A program made the translations under genes and the position numbers. DNA of 64,000 nt from a virus (lineage: Duplodnaviria > Caudoviricetes): IMG/VR virus record IMGVR_UViG_3300032233_003207, positions 1 through 64,000 of that record; one strand, given 5' to 3'. This document shows, one piece after another, positions 8,895 through 17,718 of the stretch (position 1 is its first letter; every line of letters starts with the position of its first letter). Below the pieces are notes generated by a model, which saw nothing but the letters and a program-made list of their open reading frames with translations, did no database searches and was not told where the DNA came from.

Positions 8895-9856
8895 GCCTGA
8901 TCAAAGATAGAGTCCCAATTTAGTGTGCCTTTTGCATAAGTAGTAACTCTTCCGCTAAAGAAGTCTGCATGTTCAACACCTTGTGAAATAACATCAAACC
9001 AGAAAAATTTATCAATAACACTTTTATCTATATTTTTCCAATTTGTTTTTAAACCTAAATCTTGTAATTTAGTGTTTGTTCTAAAACGAATATATGTTTT
9101 TAAATCTTCTTTAGATAACCCTTGGATATCGCCCTTAGAAAAAGCCATATCAATAAATGAATCTTCTAATTGTACTGTCAAGCGTGCAGCATCATAGATT
9201 TCTTTTTTTAATTCATCATTAAAAATTTCTGGATTTTCTTTAATGAATGTTCTAAATAACCAGCATCCAGCATTTGAATGCAATGACTCGTCTCTTATAG
9301 AGAATTGTATAATTTGACCTACCCCTCTTAGTTTATTAAATCTACTGAAGTTAAGAAGGATTGCAAAACTACTAAATAAATTAACACCTTCATTAAAGGC
9401 TGAAAATATAGCCAATGATAATGCAATTTCTTTTTTAGTTTTTCCTTTAGCATTTACTAAGCGATCTATTTTTGCTTTGGCTGAAGGTTCATATAAAAAT
9501 GCCGCATAATCTTCTAAACCTAGTGATTGATTTAGATAGGCATAACTTACAGCATGTATACTTTCAAATGCAGCAAATGTATTTGCCATCATTTGAACTT
9601 CTGGATGCTTAAACCATTTTGCAATTTTATTTGACCAATAATCTTCGATAACAATTTCAGCTTGAGTAAAACCTTTTAATACAGATCCTATCACAAATTT
9701 TTCTGTTTCAGAAAGGTTTGATTTCCAATCAGAAATATCTCCAGCCATGGAAATTTCTGAGTGAAGCCAATGAGCTTGCTGTTGCTTTTCCCAAAAATCA
9801 TAAGCTTGTTGATAAACAAATGGTGCATAAATTAATCTTGGCTCTAGCAAACTCAT
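8891..9856 (-). CDS. nrdB: Class Ia ribonucleotide reductase beta subunit
   Basis: Di-iron motifs (FTQAE, FESIHAVSY, EGVNLFSSF, RDESLH) and a C-terminal FF..RVTTY. AGGAG RBS present. Confidence 0.95.
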   Translation of the reverse strand: MSLLEPRLIYAPFVYQQAYDFWEKQQQAHWLHSEISMAGDISDWKSNLSETEKFVIGSVLKGFTQAEIVIEDYWSNKIAKWFKHPEVQMMANTFAAFESIHAVSYAYLNQSLGLEDYAAFLYEPSAKAKIDRLVNAKGKTKKEIALSLAIFSAFNEGVNLFSSFAILLNFSRFNKLRGVGQIIQFSIRDESLHSNAGCWLFRTFIKENPEIFNDELKKEIYDAARLTVQLEDSFIDMAFSKGDIQGLSKEDLKTYIRFRTNTKLQDLGLKTNWKNIDKSVIDKFFWFDVISQGVEHADFFSGRVTTYAKGTLNWDSIFDQA

Positions 9857-9929
9857 TTAATATCTCCTACACTAATATATAAAATATATATACCCTAACA
9901 ATACTATAGTAATTTAAAATTAAATATTA

Positions 9930-10559
9930 TTATATTTTAATATTTTCTTTCATTGATGAAAGTGCAGTATTAATTAATTTAATACAGTTTAATCTTGATA
10001 TTCCTAATTTTTTGCATATTTTATTAATAGAAATTGGTTTATCTCCATTAAGCCCGTATGCTAAATTAATTACTTGCTTTTGTTGCTCTGTCAAATGCTC
10101 AATTGCAAATTTTATTGCATTATCTGTTTGATAATCTTCTAATTCTTTATCTGGACAATATCTCTCTTCAATTATAAGAGGCATAATAGCTTCTTTATGA
10201 GGCGTATTTTCCTTTGCAACCTTTAATGGATAACGAATAGTTGTATGTAAGTTTGCACTTCTAGATATTCTAGTGCCTATATAATTATGAGCCCAAGCAA
10301 AGAATGATCCTTTTTTAGGATTATATGTTTTCATCGCTTTAACAAGCGCTTCAAAACCTTCTTGATTTAAATCTTCATAATTAGAAAAAGCTTTATATCT
10401 GCCAGTTTTCATTGTAACTAGGTATTTAAATTGACTAATGCAAATTTGTTCATGCTTTGATAATTCATGACGAATTTTTGGATCGTCTGATGCTTTTGCT
10501 TTAGATTTTAGCTCAACTAATTTAGCCATGAGATCTTGTGCTTCTTGTTCTGTTAACAT
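9930..10559 (-). CDS. Sigma70-family RNA polymerase sigma factor
   Basis: Region 2: YEDLNQEGFEALVKAMKTYNPKKGSFFAWA. Region 4 HTH: LTEQQKQVINLAYGL...SINKICKKLGISR. Confidence 0.9.
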   Translation of the reverse strand: MLTEQEAQDLMAKLVELKSKAKASDDPKIRHELSKHEQICISQFKYLVTMKTGRYKAFSNYEDLNQEGFEALVKAMKTYNPKKGSFFAWAHNYIGTRISRSANLHTTIRYPLKVAKENTPHKEAIMPLIIEERYCPDKELEDYQTDNAIKFAIEHLTEQQKQVINLAYGLNGDKPISINKICKKLGISRLNCIKLINTALSSMKENIKI

Positions 10560-10649
10560 GGTTCGATCCTCTTAAAGATTTAAAAAGTAATAATATACTC
10601 AATTATTGAGTAATAATAATTGATACAAAAATTTTAAGTAAATACTAAG

Positions 10650-10793
10650 TTATTTTCTTGATTCTTCTTCAAGAATTTCAATAACTGATTCAATTGTTGA
10701 ACGTATAATTTCTTCATCATTTAGTGACAATGAAAATTTTAATAATTCTAAAACTTTTTTTAGATTTTTATTTTTGTCACTTTTTTTTGGCAT
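10650..10793 (-). CDS. Small hypothetical protein, 47 aa (not in the ORF track)
   Basis: MPKKSDKNKNLKKVLELLKFSLSLNDEEIIRSTIESVIEILEEESRK. It starts 5 nt after the upstream stop. Confidence 0.55.
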   Translation of the reverse strand: MPKKSDKNKNLKKVLELLKFSLSLNDEEIIRSTIESVIEILEEESRK

Positions 10794-10798
10794 AACGA

Positions 10799-10990
10799 TC
10801 AACTATAATTATCTTTAGCCCATCCACCACCTGATAAAATAAAAGATGTTCCTCCGGAAATAAGACGAACTACTTTTTGTGGCTCTAAATTTTCTTGTTC
10901 ACATTTTGGGCATGTTTCTAGACATTCTTTTATAGAATGTACTGTATCAAATTCTCCATGAATTTTACACTTGTAAGTATATGTTGGCAT
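10799..10990 (-). CDS. FmdB-family zinc ribbon protein
   Basis: MPTYTYKCKIHG...CPKC...RLISGGTSFILSGGGWAKDNY. The ATG at 10990 follows an AAGGTG RBS. Confidence 0.85.
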   Translation of the reverse strand: MPTYTYKCKIHGEFDTVHSIKECLETCPKCEQENLEPQKVVRLISGGTSFILSGGGWAKDNYS

Positions 10991-11028
10991 AAAATCTTTC
11001 ACCTTTACTTATTTAATGACGGAACAAT

Positions 11029-11056
11029 AGTATAAAATATCTTATTATTTTGTCAA
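11029..11056 (-). promoter_or_regulatory. Sigma70-like promoter
   Basis: TTGACA (11056-11051), a 16-nt spacer, then TATACT (11034-11029), in the intergenic gap upstream of the FmdB gene. Confidence 0.65.
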
Positions 11057-11078
11057 CAGTAAAAATATTATTTAAATT

Positions 11079-11384
11079 TTATCTCTTTCTACGATCTAGT
11101 CTAGTTTGTAAATCATGATATTTACTTTCACCTAACATATTGGCATATATTTTATCAGATTTATGCATATCTTTCTTCAATTGTTTACTATCAGATTTAA
11201 GTTTATCAATTAAATCTTGACCACATAATTCTACAACGCCTTTTCCACCTAGTGATATTAATCTTTTAGCTGTTTCTAATCCACATTTAGGACAAATTTT
11301 AGGAGGATCTAGTTTTATTGAATAATTATCTTCCCATTCATGTTTACAAGATTCATTAATACAAATATGTTCATAGGTAGGCAT
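11079..11384 (-). CDS. FmdB-family zinc ribbon protein with a C-terminal extension
   Basis: MPTYEHIC....C...CPKCG....RLIS pattern with an AAGGA RBS. Confidence 0.8.
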   Translation of the reverse strand: MPTYEHICINESCKHEWEDNYSIKLDPPKICPKCGLETAKRLISLGGKGVVELCGQDLIDKLKSDSKQLKKDMHKSDKIYANMLGESKYHDLQTRLDRRKR

Positions 11385-11395
11385 AATTCTTTCCT

Positions 11396-11572
11396 TTATT
11401 TATTAATTAAATATTTATCTATAAGTCTATATTCTATATCTTTAGTCCAATTATTTTTAATATAATCTTTATATTTGCCATCTATTACTTTAAAAACAAT
11501 AAAAAGTTGACCACTATGATGTTCATATTCAATTCTAACTGCTTCAGCTACTATTTCTTCATAGTTTTTCAT
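11396..11572 (-). CDS. Small hypothetical protein, 58 aa (not in the ORF track)
   Basis: MKNYEEIVAEAVRIEYEHHSGQLFIVFKVIDGKYKDYIKNNWTKDIEYRLIDKYLINK, with an AAGGA RBS upstream. Confidence 0.65.
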   Translation of the reverse strand: MKNYEEIVAEAVRIEYEHHSGQLFIVFKVIDGKYKDYIKNNWTKDIEYRLIDKYLINK

Positions 11573-11610
11573 TTATTAATCCTTTAGAAAATACATAACT
11601 AATCATATAT

Positions 11611-13020
11611 TTAAATTTCTAGGTCCTCTATTTCTTCAGAGATATCTTCCATATCATAATTTGTAAATCTTGAATCTTGTTCTTCAACTTCCATTGGCTT
11701 ATCTATTAGAGTGGCGCATGCTAGATTTTTATATAAAACACCTTTGCCTTTGGGACCTTTACGATTTTTAATTATGTGCCATACAAAATCTGGATGCATT
11801 TCTTCTTGTGGTCTATTTTCAATCTGAATAACATGCGTTGCATGTGTTGCAATAGTGCTAGATCTAGCTAATCTAGAAAGTCCAATATTTTCTGATGAGT
11901 CTTTAGATTGAGATTTTCTATTTAATTGTACAGCAGAGAAAATAGGTAGCTTATACTTACGAGCAATTGCTCTAACTTCATACGCTATAAGACCTTGCTT
12001 TAGCCAGTCAGCCTCATCAGATTTTTCATTTGTATTCATAATGCCCAAGTAGTCTACAAATACTACATCAAATTTTTCTTCACTATTTGCTAAAATAGCT
12101 TCTAGATCATTTGCTGAAGCATCGGCAATATCTACAATTTTAAAAGTATATGGATAGTTATTAATAAAATCTAAAGCTTGTTTAATCTTGGCAAAATCTT
12201 CTTTAGATATTTTTGCATTTTCAATATTTCTAGCTGGAACCCCAGATAGTCTACTAATTAATCTATTAAAACAATCTTCATAGGGCATTTCCAAGCTAAA
12301 ATAAATAATATTTTTACCTTCTGTAAATGAATCTTTTTGAGTTATTTTATTATCTTGCATCCAAGTTTGGATTGCAATATTATTCAAAAATAAACTTTTA
12401 CCGAAACCTGATTCACCTGCAATCAAAACGAAGTCTGCAGGTTTAACTCCATTGGTAGCAAAATCAAAAAAAGAATATTTTGTTTTTACGCCTACTTCTA
12501 AATCTGGATTTTGTTTTTTTAAATTAAACTTTTCAACGAAAAATGGCAAAAACTCTTTAATATTTTTACTTTCATATGCTTTTGGTTGATTCAAACTTTT
12601 TATTGTTTGAATCGTCTTCTGCATTTCTCCAACAGTTTTTGGAATATCTATTAAACCTGGCTCTAATTTTATAAGCGCATCTTTTACTGAAGTAATTTGC
12701 TTTTCTGCAAATCTCTTTTTGATTTTTTCTAAATCATGTTTATATTCTTTTTCATCATATTCAAAATTAGATATAGCTTCCCAAATTTTAGATGTATTTT
12801 CGATTAGTTTTTCATTATTGCCTTTAGATAATTTTTCTGTCAATACTCTAAGAGTTGGTATCTCTTTATAAGATTTTATATAGTTTATTACTAAATTTGC
12901 AAAACTCCAAACTTCGGGAGAAAATAGTTTAGAGTCACAATCATTAACAAAATCTATAGCATAACTTTTATTAGTTACTAATACTTTTAATACCGATAAA
13001 TCTAAATTTGAATAACTCAT
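11611..13020 (-). CDS. dnaB: DnaB-like replicative helicase
   Basis: AGESGFGKS (Walker A), YFSLEM, VFVDYLG, SAVQLNR and IIKNRKGP motifs. Confidence 0.92.
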   Translation of the reverse strand: MSYSNLDLSVLKVLVTNKSYAIDFVNDCDSKLFSPEVWSFANLVINYIKSYKEIPTLRVLTEKLSKGNNEKLIENTSKIWEAISNFEYDEKEYKHDLEKIKKRFAEKQITSVKDALIKLEPGLIDIPKTVGEMQKTIQTIKSLNQPKAYESKNIKEFLPFFVEKFNLKKQNPDLEVGVKTKYSFFDFATNGVKPADFVLIAGESGFGKSLFLNNIAIQTWMQDNKITQKDSFTEGKNIIYFSLEMPYEDCFNRLISRLSGVPARNIENAKISKEDFAKIKQALDFINNYPYTFKIVDIADASANDLEAILANSEEKFDVVFVDYLGIMNTNEKSDEADWLKQGLIAYEVRAIARKYKLPIFSAVQLNRKSQSKDSSENIGLSRLARSSTIATHATHVIQIENRPQEEMHPDFVWHIIKNRKGPKGKGVLYKNLACATLIDKPMEVEEQDSRFTNYDMEDISEEIEDLEI

Positions 13021-13724
13021 TGTGCTTTCTTCTTTCTATAATCTTCACCAAAAACAGGAAATACTTTCAAGTATCCTTTCATTAAAGAATCAATACTTGC
13101 CTTTAGAGGTCCATTAAAACTTTCTACAACATTAGGAGAATTTGTACACATTAATGTTGGCAATTTATTTTGACTTCTAGTTCTAAAAATATTTTCTAGT
13201 GTTCTAGCATAAAGATCTGCCGCATTATCATTTTGCATAAACCTAGAATCAAACTCATCAATAGCTAAAAAGTCTACTAAAGTTAACTCTCTTCTTGATA
13301 GAAACTTATCTTCAGCACTAGCAGAGGTTAATACATTTACAATATCACTTAAAGTAGTATATAGGCAAGAAAATCCTTTATTACTTGCTTTTTTAAGAAT
13401 AGATGTAATAGTAAATGTTTTACCTAAACCATGTCCACCTGCAAAACATATAGATGAGCCATTTAAATATGATGATTTTAAATCAGAAGTATATTCCATA
13501 TACTTATTTAATAGATTTTCATTTCCATGAAAATCTTTTTCCATCTTTAAATTCCAATATTCAATAGGAATATTACTTTCAGCATAACGATTAATAGCTA
13601 TTAATTTAATGTTCTTTTTATTTAACTCTTCATTAGATGACTCTATTGACAAAACTATATCTTGTAGTTTTCTTGTAGGAATATTATTTAAAGCCTTACT
13701 TCTTAAAAAATCCTGGGTATTCAT
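13017..13724 (-). CDS. DnaC/IstB-like AAA+ ATPase, probable helicase loader
   Basis: FAGGHGLGKT (Walker A), FLAIDEFD (Walker B) and RTRSQNKLPTLMCTN. It lies directly upstream of and coupled to dnaB. Confidence 0.8.
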   Translation of the reverse strand: MNTQDFLRSKALNNIPTRKLQDIVLSIESSNEELNKKNIKLIAINRYAESNIPIEYWNLKMEKDFHGNENLLNKYMEYTSDLKSSYLNGSSICFAGGHGLGKTFTITSILKKASNKGFSCLYTTLSDIVNVLTSASAEDKFLSRRELTLVDFLAIDEFDSRFMQNDNAADLYARTLENIFRTRSQNKLPTLMCTNSPNVVESFNGPLKASIDSLMKGYLKVFPVFGEDYRKKKAQ

Positions 13725-14091
13725 AATTAACTTTCTTTAATTCGCCTATCTGATGGTTTTTTAGTTGACTAGCAACAATTTCTTTATCTTGCTTTATCAT
13801 TTCTATTTTAAGCTCTGATAATTTTTTTAATTTTAAATCATCATATCCTGGCTCGTTAGAAACGCTATCAAATTCTTGTTCTGTAGCAGTTTTTTCTTCA
13901 ATTATATTTTTTTCTTGATGTACAATTTTAATTACTCTTATATCTTCATTTGGGTGAGTAATAATAGAAGTGCTTTTATTATCTAGTGATAGAATTTCTA
14001 CAGTAGAAAAAGACCAAGACTTTACCGTGCCTTCAATTATAATATTATTATTTAATAATAATTTAACGTGTTTATTAATATAATCATTCAT
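13696..14091 (-). CDS. Hypothetical protein (N-terminal Sm/SH3-like beta pattern possible)
   Basis: 131-aa ORF overlapping both neighbours. Confidence 0.65.
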   Translation of the reverse strand: MNDYINKHVKLLLNNNIIIEGTVKSWSFSTVEILSLDNKSTSIITHPNEDIRVIKIVHQEKNIIEEKTATEQEFDSVSNEPGYDDLKLKKLSELKIEMIKQDKEIVASQLKNHQIGELKKVNYEYPGFFKK

Positions 14092-14690
14092 ACAATTCTA
14101 GATAATACTTCCTTTTCAAAGCCCATTTCTTCTATTTTTTGAAATGCTCCGATAATCTCAAAAGGCATATCTGACATTTGAGATATAAATGCCAATTCAC
14201 CATATGTTGATATTTCAACTCCAGCATTTTTAAAACATAGTTTAAAATTATCAGGAAGTAAGGTAGACCTATCTATATTTAGATTATGATTTCCAGAAAG
14301 TAAAATATTAATTTTATAAAAATTTACAAAATTTTCAACTGTAAGAAATGATATAGATGTCAATCTTCTTTTTGCCTCAATAACTTTAGTTTTAAAAACC
14401 CAGTCTATGTATTCTTTTAATAATTTAGGATTAGCTGTCAACATTGACCCTAATTTTTTTATTTGAAATACTTCAAAACACTTTGATGGTGAAGGGCTGT
14501 TATACTTAAATTTATAATTAACATTATATGTTTGATTATATTTTTTACAAAAATAAGAAATAATATGTACAACTTTCCATTCTTCAACTGGCAAAGATTC
14601 TATTTCTTTAAATTTATCAAAAAACTTTTTATAATTATTATTTGGAGGGTCATATAAATTACCACCAAAAACTTCTTCGTCTTTTTCCAT
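14088..14690 (-). CDS. Hypothetical protein, possibly replication initiation or loader partner
   Basis: 200-aa ORF heading the loader-helicase operon. The function is inferred only from position. Confidence 0.55.
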   Translation of the reverse strand: MEKDEEVFGGNLYDPPNNNYKKFFDKFKEIESLPVEEWKVVHIISYFCKKYNQTYNVNYKFKYNSPSPSKCFEVFQIKKLGSMLTANPKLLKEYIDWVFKTKVIEAKRRLTSISFLTVENFVNFYKINILLSGNHNLNIDRSTLLPDNFKLCFKNAGVEISTYGELAFISQMSDMPFEIIGAFQKIEEMGFEKEVLSRIV

Positions 14691-14718
14691 TTTTCACCCT
14701 AGTTAATATTTGCTATTC

Positions 14719-14746
14719 AGCATAATTATCAAACAATTGATGTCAA
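14719..14746 (-). promoter_or_regulatory. Sigma70-like promoter
   Basis: TTGACA (14746-14741), a 16-nt spacer, then TATGCT (14724-14719), upstream of the ORF starting at 14690. Confidence 0.55.
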
Positions 14747-14748
14747 AT

Positions 14749-16203
14749 TTATTTCATTTCTTTGCATTTAATAACTTTAAATCCATCTTCTGAAGAATAA
14801 ACTTCAAATCTTTTTAAAGAATGTTGTTTTAAAAATCTGGCTTGATCATAAAAATCAGCAACTGCTGCATATTTTTTATTTTTATGCAATCTAATAACTC
14901 TTCCAATTCTTTGAAGGCATCTAATACTGCTTTTGCCTCCACCACATAAAACAAGCGCATTTAATTCTGGAATATCTACACCTAAATCAAATATTGTTGA
15001 TGCTAAAATAACATTTATTTCTTTATTAATTAACATTTGTTTTACAGAAGCTCTTCTTTCTAAAGAGTCATTTCCATAAAGCATTTCAAATTTAACTCCA
15101 TTTTCTGATAAAAGTTCACTAATAATATTTCCATGTTTTATTTGCTTAAATAACACTAATGGAGTATATTTTTTTTCAAGCATCTCTTTAATAACATTAA
15201 TAATCATGTTATTTCTTTCAACATTTTCCACAATATAATCTTTATATACAGATTGATATTGCATTCCTAATCCATGTTTTTTAGGAACTGAATAAAACTT
15301 TATTATAGGCATGGCTAATAACTGCTTACTTATTAGCTCAGAGGCTGAAACATTTACAATTTGCTCTCCAAGAATTCCATTTATTAATAAATCTGAATTG
15401 TCATCTCTGAAAGGCGTTCCAGAAAACCCATAAACAGATTCAGGATCTATGTGTTTATATATTTCCAATATAGTTGAGCAGGTTACTATATGACTTTCGT
15501 CAAAAATATGAAGCTTTGCTTGAGATAGACATTTTATAATTTTTTCATGATTTTGAGGTTCATCTTTTTCTTGTGAATCGTCCTCATCATCTAATATAGA
15601 CTCTACATTTAGTGCTTTACCAATGGTCCAGATAGAAGCAATAGTGATTCTTTGAGGATCGCAAATTCCATTTCCAATCCATCCAATTTTTTCATCAAAA
15701 ATTTTACTAAATAATTTATGAAACTGATCTAGTAAGTCTAGCCCAATAACATATATTATTGTTGGCTTATTTAATTTTGCAGTTATCAATGCAGTTGCAA
15801 GAGTTTTGCCTGCACCAGTAGCTGCTCTTACAATACCTTTATCAAATTTATCTACACAATCTAATATTCTTAATTGATGATCTCTTGGGATCATATTTAT
15901 TTCTTCTAATCTTTTTGAAATATCAATTGGAAGATTAATAGTTTTTTGTAGCCTATTATCTTCTAATGTAAAATTTATTTTTTCTTGTTGTAAAAAGTCT
16001 TTTACTTTATTTAGAAGACCTAAATCAAATTTATTTGACTTAGTTAAAAGATAAGTAATTCCATTCCATCCATTTTTATATGCTGGGGTATATTCAACCC
16101 CTGTTGCTTTAAATGATAAAAATTTTCTTAATTTTTGTAATTCTGCTTGGTCTTCTAAAAATATTTGACACTTTTTGTTATTTATTATAACTATTTTATT
16201 CAT
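14749..16203 (-). CDS. Superfamily 2 DNA helicase (UvsW/ResIII-like)
   Basis: AATGAGKT, IFDESH, GFSGTP, STIFDLGVDIP and LQRIGRVIR motifs, with a GGAGG RBS. Confidence 0.9.
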   Translation of the reverse strand: MNKIVIINNKKCQIFLEDQAELQKLRKFLSFKATGVEYTPAYKNGWNGITYLLTKSNKFDLGLLNKVKDFLQQEKINFTLEDNRLQKTINLPIDISKRLEEINMIPRDHQLRILDCVDKFDKGIVRAATGAGKTLATALITAKLNKPTIIYVIGLDLLDQFHKLFSKIFDEKIGWIGNGICDPQRITIASIWTIGKALNVESILDDEDDSQEKDEPQNHEKIIKCLSQAKLHIFDESHIVTCSTILEIYKHIDPESVYGFSGTPFRDDNSDLLINGILGEQIVNVSASELISKQLLAMPIIKFYSVPKKHGLGMQYQSVYKDYIVENVERNNMIINVIKEMLEKKYTPLVLFKQIKHGNIISELLSENGVKFEMLYGNDSLERRASVKQMLINKEINVILASTIFDLGVDIPELNALVLCGGGKSSIRCLQRIGRVIRLHKNKKYAAVADFYDQARFLKQHSLKRFEVYSSEDGFKVIKCKEMK

Positions 16204-16269
16204 TTGTCCTCCCCATAAAAATATATTGAGGAGTTACATATATATTGATTTTTCATACATATCTCATAA

Positions 16270-16312
16270 TAATGCCGGAAGTACATACTTAAAGTATATA
16301 TATCCGGCATTA
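16270..16312. other. Long imperfect palindrome/stem-loop between the tubulin and helicase genes
   Basis: taatgccgga (16270-16279) pairs with tccggcatta (16303-16312). There is an inner arm atactt/aagtat. Confidence 0.6.
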
Positions 16313-16337
16313 CTATTTACAGATAATTTAATATTTA

Positions 16338-17702
16338 TTACTTTCTTCGATCTACAACTCCACCAACTAATTTGCCAAATGCAGAAGACTTTTGTGAAAT
16401 CTTCTCTTTAATTTTTTGAGCAGCAGATACAGTTTCATTAGTGCCTGTATCTAATTGTAGATTAAGATTTCTTTGTTCATCTTTGCCTTTTACAGTTTGC
16501 ATATGCTCTTGCGCATCTTTCTTCAATTGAGTGACACGAGACTCTGGCAAACCGAGACCAGTAAACATAGAATAAACTTTTACAACTGGCTCTGGCATAT
16601 CTACTGTATAAATTCCCTTAAATACTCCTCTTGGAGTTCCACATTGATCATTTACCATTGCCATTGCATAAGTTATGCTAGAGCTTGGAATCTTTGCCCA
16701 AACTTCTTTATTAGCGGCAATAATAATACCTACATACTTTGATTGTTTCAAATCAAAGCCGCCAGCCAAAAGATTTCCATTAAGATTATTTACTACAGCT
16801 TCAGCTATTGCAGTATCTTCAGCAAAATTATCTACAGTTAATTCGCCATATACTGTTAAACCTTCACCATCAGTGAAGAGCTTTCCAAATTCCATTGGGT
16901 CTAAGCCTTTTACTGAAGAAGGCATTGATGAAAGTGTGTTGAATACATCGATTGGATCTACAATTGCCTTATTAGCAACATTGTAGAATTCAACTTGACT
17001 TACATCTTGATAAATAGATTCAATCTTAGCGTTATCAACAACAATTAAGTTATTTACTCTTCTAGTTTGAGTAAGCTTCGCTAACTTAGATAGTGTTTCC
17101 AATGCATTAGCCTTTGTCTGTGCATCTTCTGTATCCATTGGAAGCACAGTAATAACTACTAGAGGCTTTCCTGTATCTGCTAGCAAGTCTACTAAAGTTT
17201 CACATGAACCTGCACCTGAACCGCCACCTAAGCTTAAACATAGTAAGTGTACTTGCGCTGAAGCCAACTTATCATTTACTAATTGTAGAATTTCGCCTTT
17301 ATGAGACTCTGCTGCAGCTTTACCAATTTCTATTTCTTTAGCTGCACCTCCAAGACCGTATTCTAAAAGAAGTTTATTTGAATCTGGAACATCAATAAAT
17401 TTTAAATCTTGTAATGCTGTATTAACTACACATGTAGGATAACCTAATTTAAAAAAAGCTTCTGCTATTCTTGAGCCCGCTTGTCCTGATCCTAAAACAC
17501 CTAGTGCTAGGCTTCTATCTTTTGTTGCGACTATCTTGGCTGCCATTTTTGTCTCCTGTTGTTTTGCTTGACTTTTTGCTTTTAAAGCTGCTAATTTAGA
17601 CAAATCTACATCTTCAGATGTATTTGCTTCTGATTTTTCATTTGATAAATTATCTACAATTTGCTCTGCGGCATCTTCTTCTGTTACGGATGTGGCTGAC
17701 AT
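16338..17702 (-). CDS. Tubulin/FtsZ-family GTPase
   Basis: GVLGSGQAGSRIAE (T1), GAAKEIEIG (T3), LGGGSGAGS (signature T4 loop), LIVVDN and T7-like GLDPME. AGGAG RBS at the long start. Confidence 0.9.
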   Translation of the reverse strand: MSATSVTEEDAAEQIVDNLSNEKSEANTSEDVDLSKLAALKAKSQAKQQETKMAAKIVATKDRSLALGVLGSGQAGSRIAEAFFKLGYPTCVVNTALQDLKFIDVPDSNKLLLEYGLGGAAKEIEIGKAAAESHKGEILQLVNDKLASAQVHLLCLSLGGGSGAGSCETLVDLLADTGKPLVVITVLPMDTEDAQTKANALETLSKLAKLTQTRRVNNLIVVDNAKIESIYQDVSQVEFYNVANKAIVDPIDVFNTLSSMPSSVKGLDPMEFGKLFTDGEGLTVYGELTVDNFAEDTAIAEAVVNNLNGNLLAGGFDLKQSKYVGIIIAANKEVWAKIPSSSITYAMAMVNDQCGTPRGVFKGIYTVDMPEPVVKVYSMFTGLGLPESRVTQLKKDAQEHMQTVKGKDEQRNLNLQLDTGTNETVSAAQKIKEKISQKSSAFGKLVGGVVDRRK

Positions 17703-17718
17703 TTAATTATCTCCTATA

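Noticed and set aside
2163-9911. Short AT-rich palindromes ATAGTATACTAT (2163-2174) and TACTATAGTA (9902-9911)
   Set aside because: They are short, composed mostly of A/T, and differ from each other. Such palindromes are expected by chance in this composition.
16338-17702. Calling this a nucleus-forming (Chimalliviridae-type) phage or a TubZRC partition system because of the tubulin
   Set aside because: No chimallin, multisubunit RNAP, TubR-like gene or iterated centromere is recognisable in the window, and a sigma70 factor points to use of host RNAP. This cannot be fully excluded without the rest of the genome.
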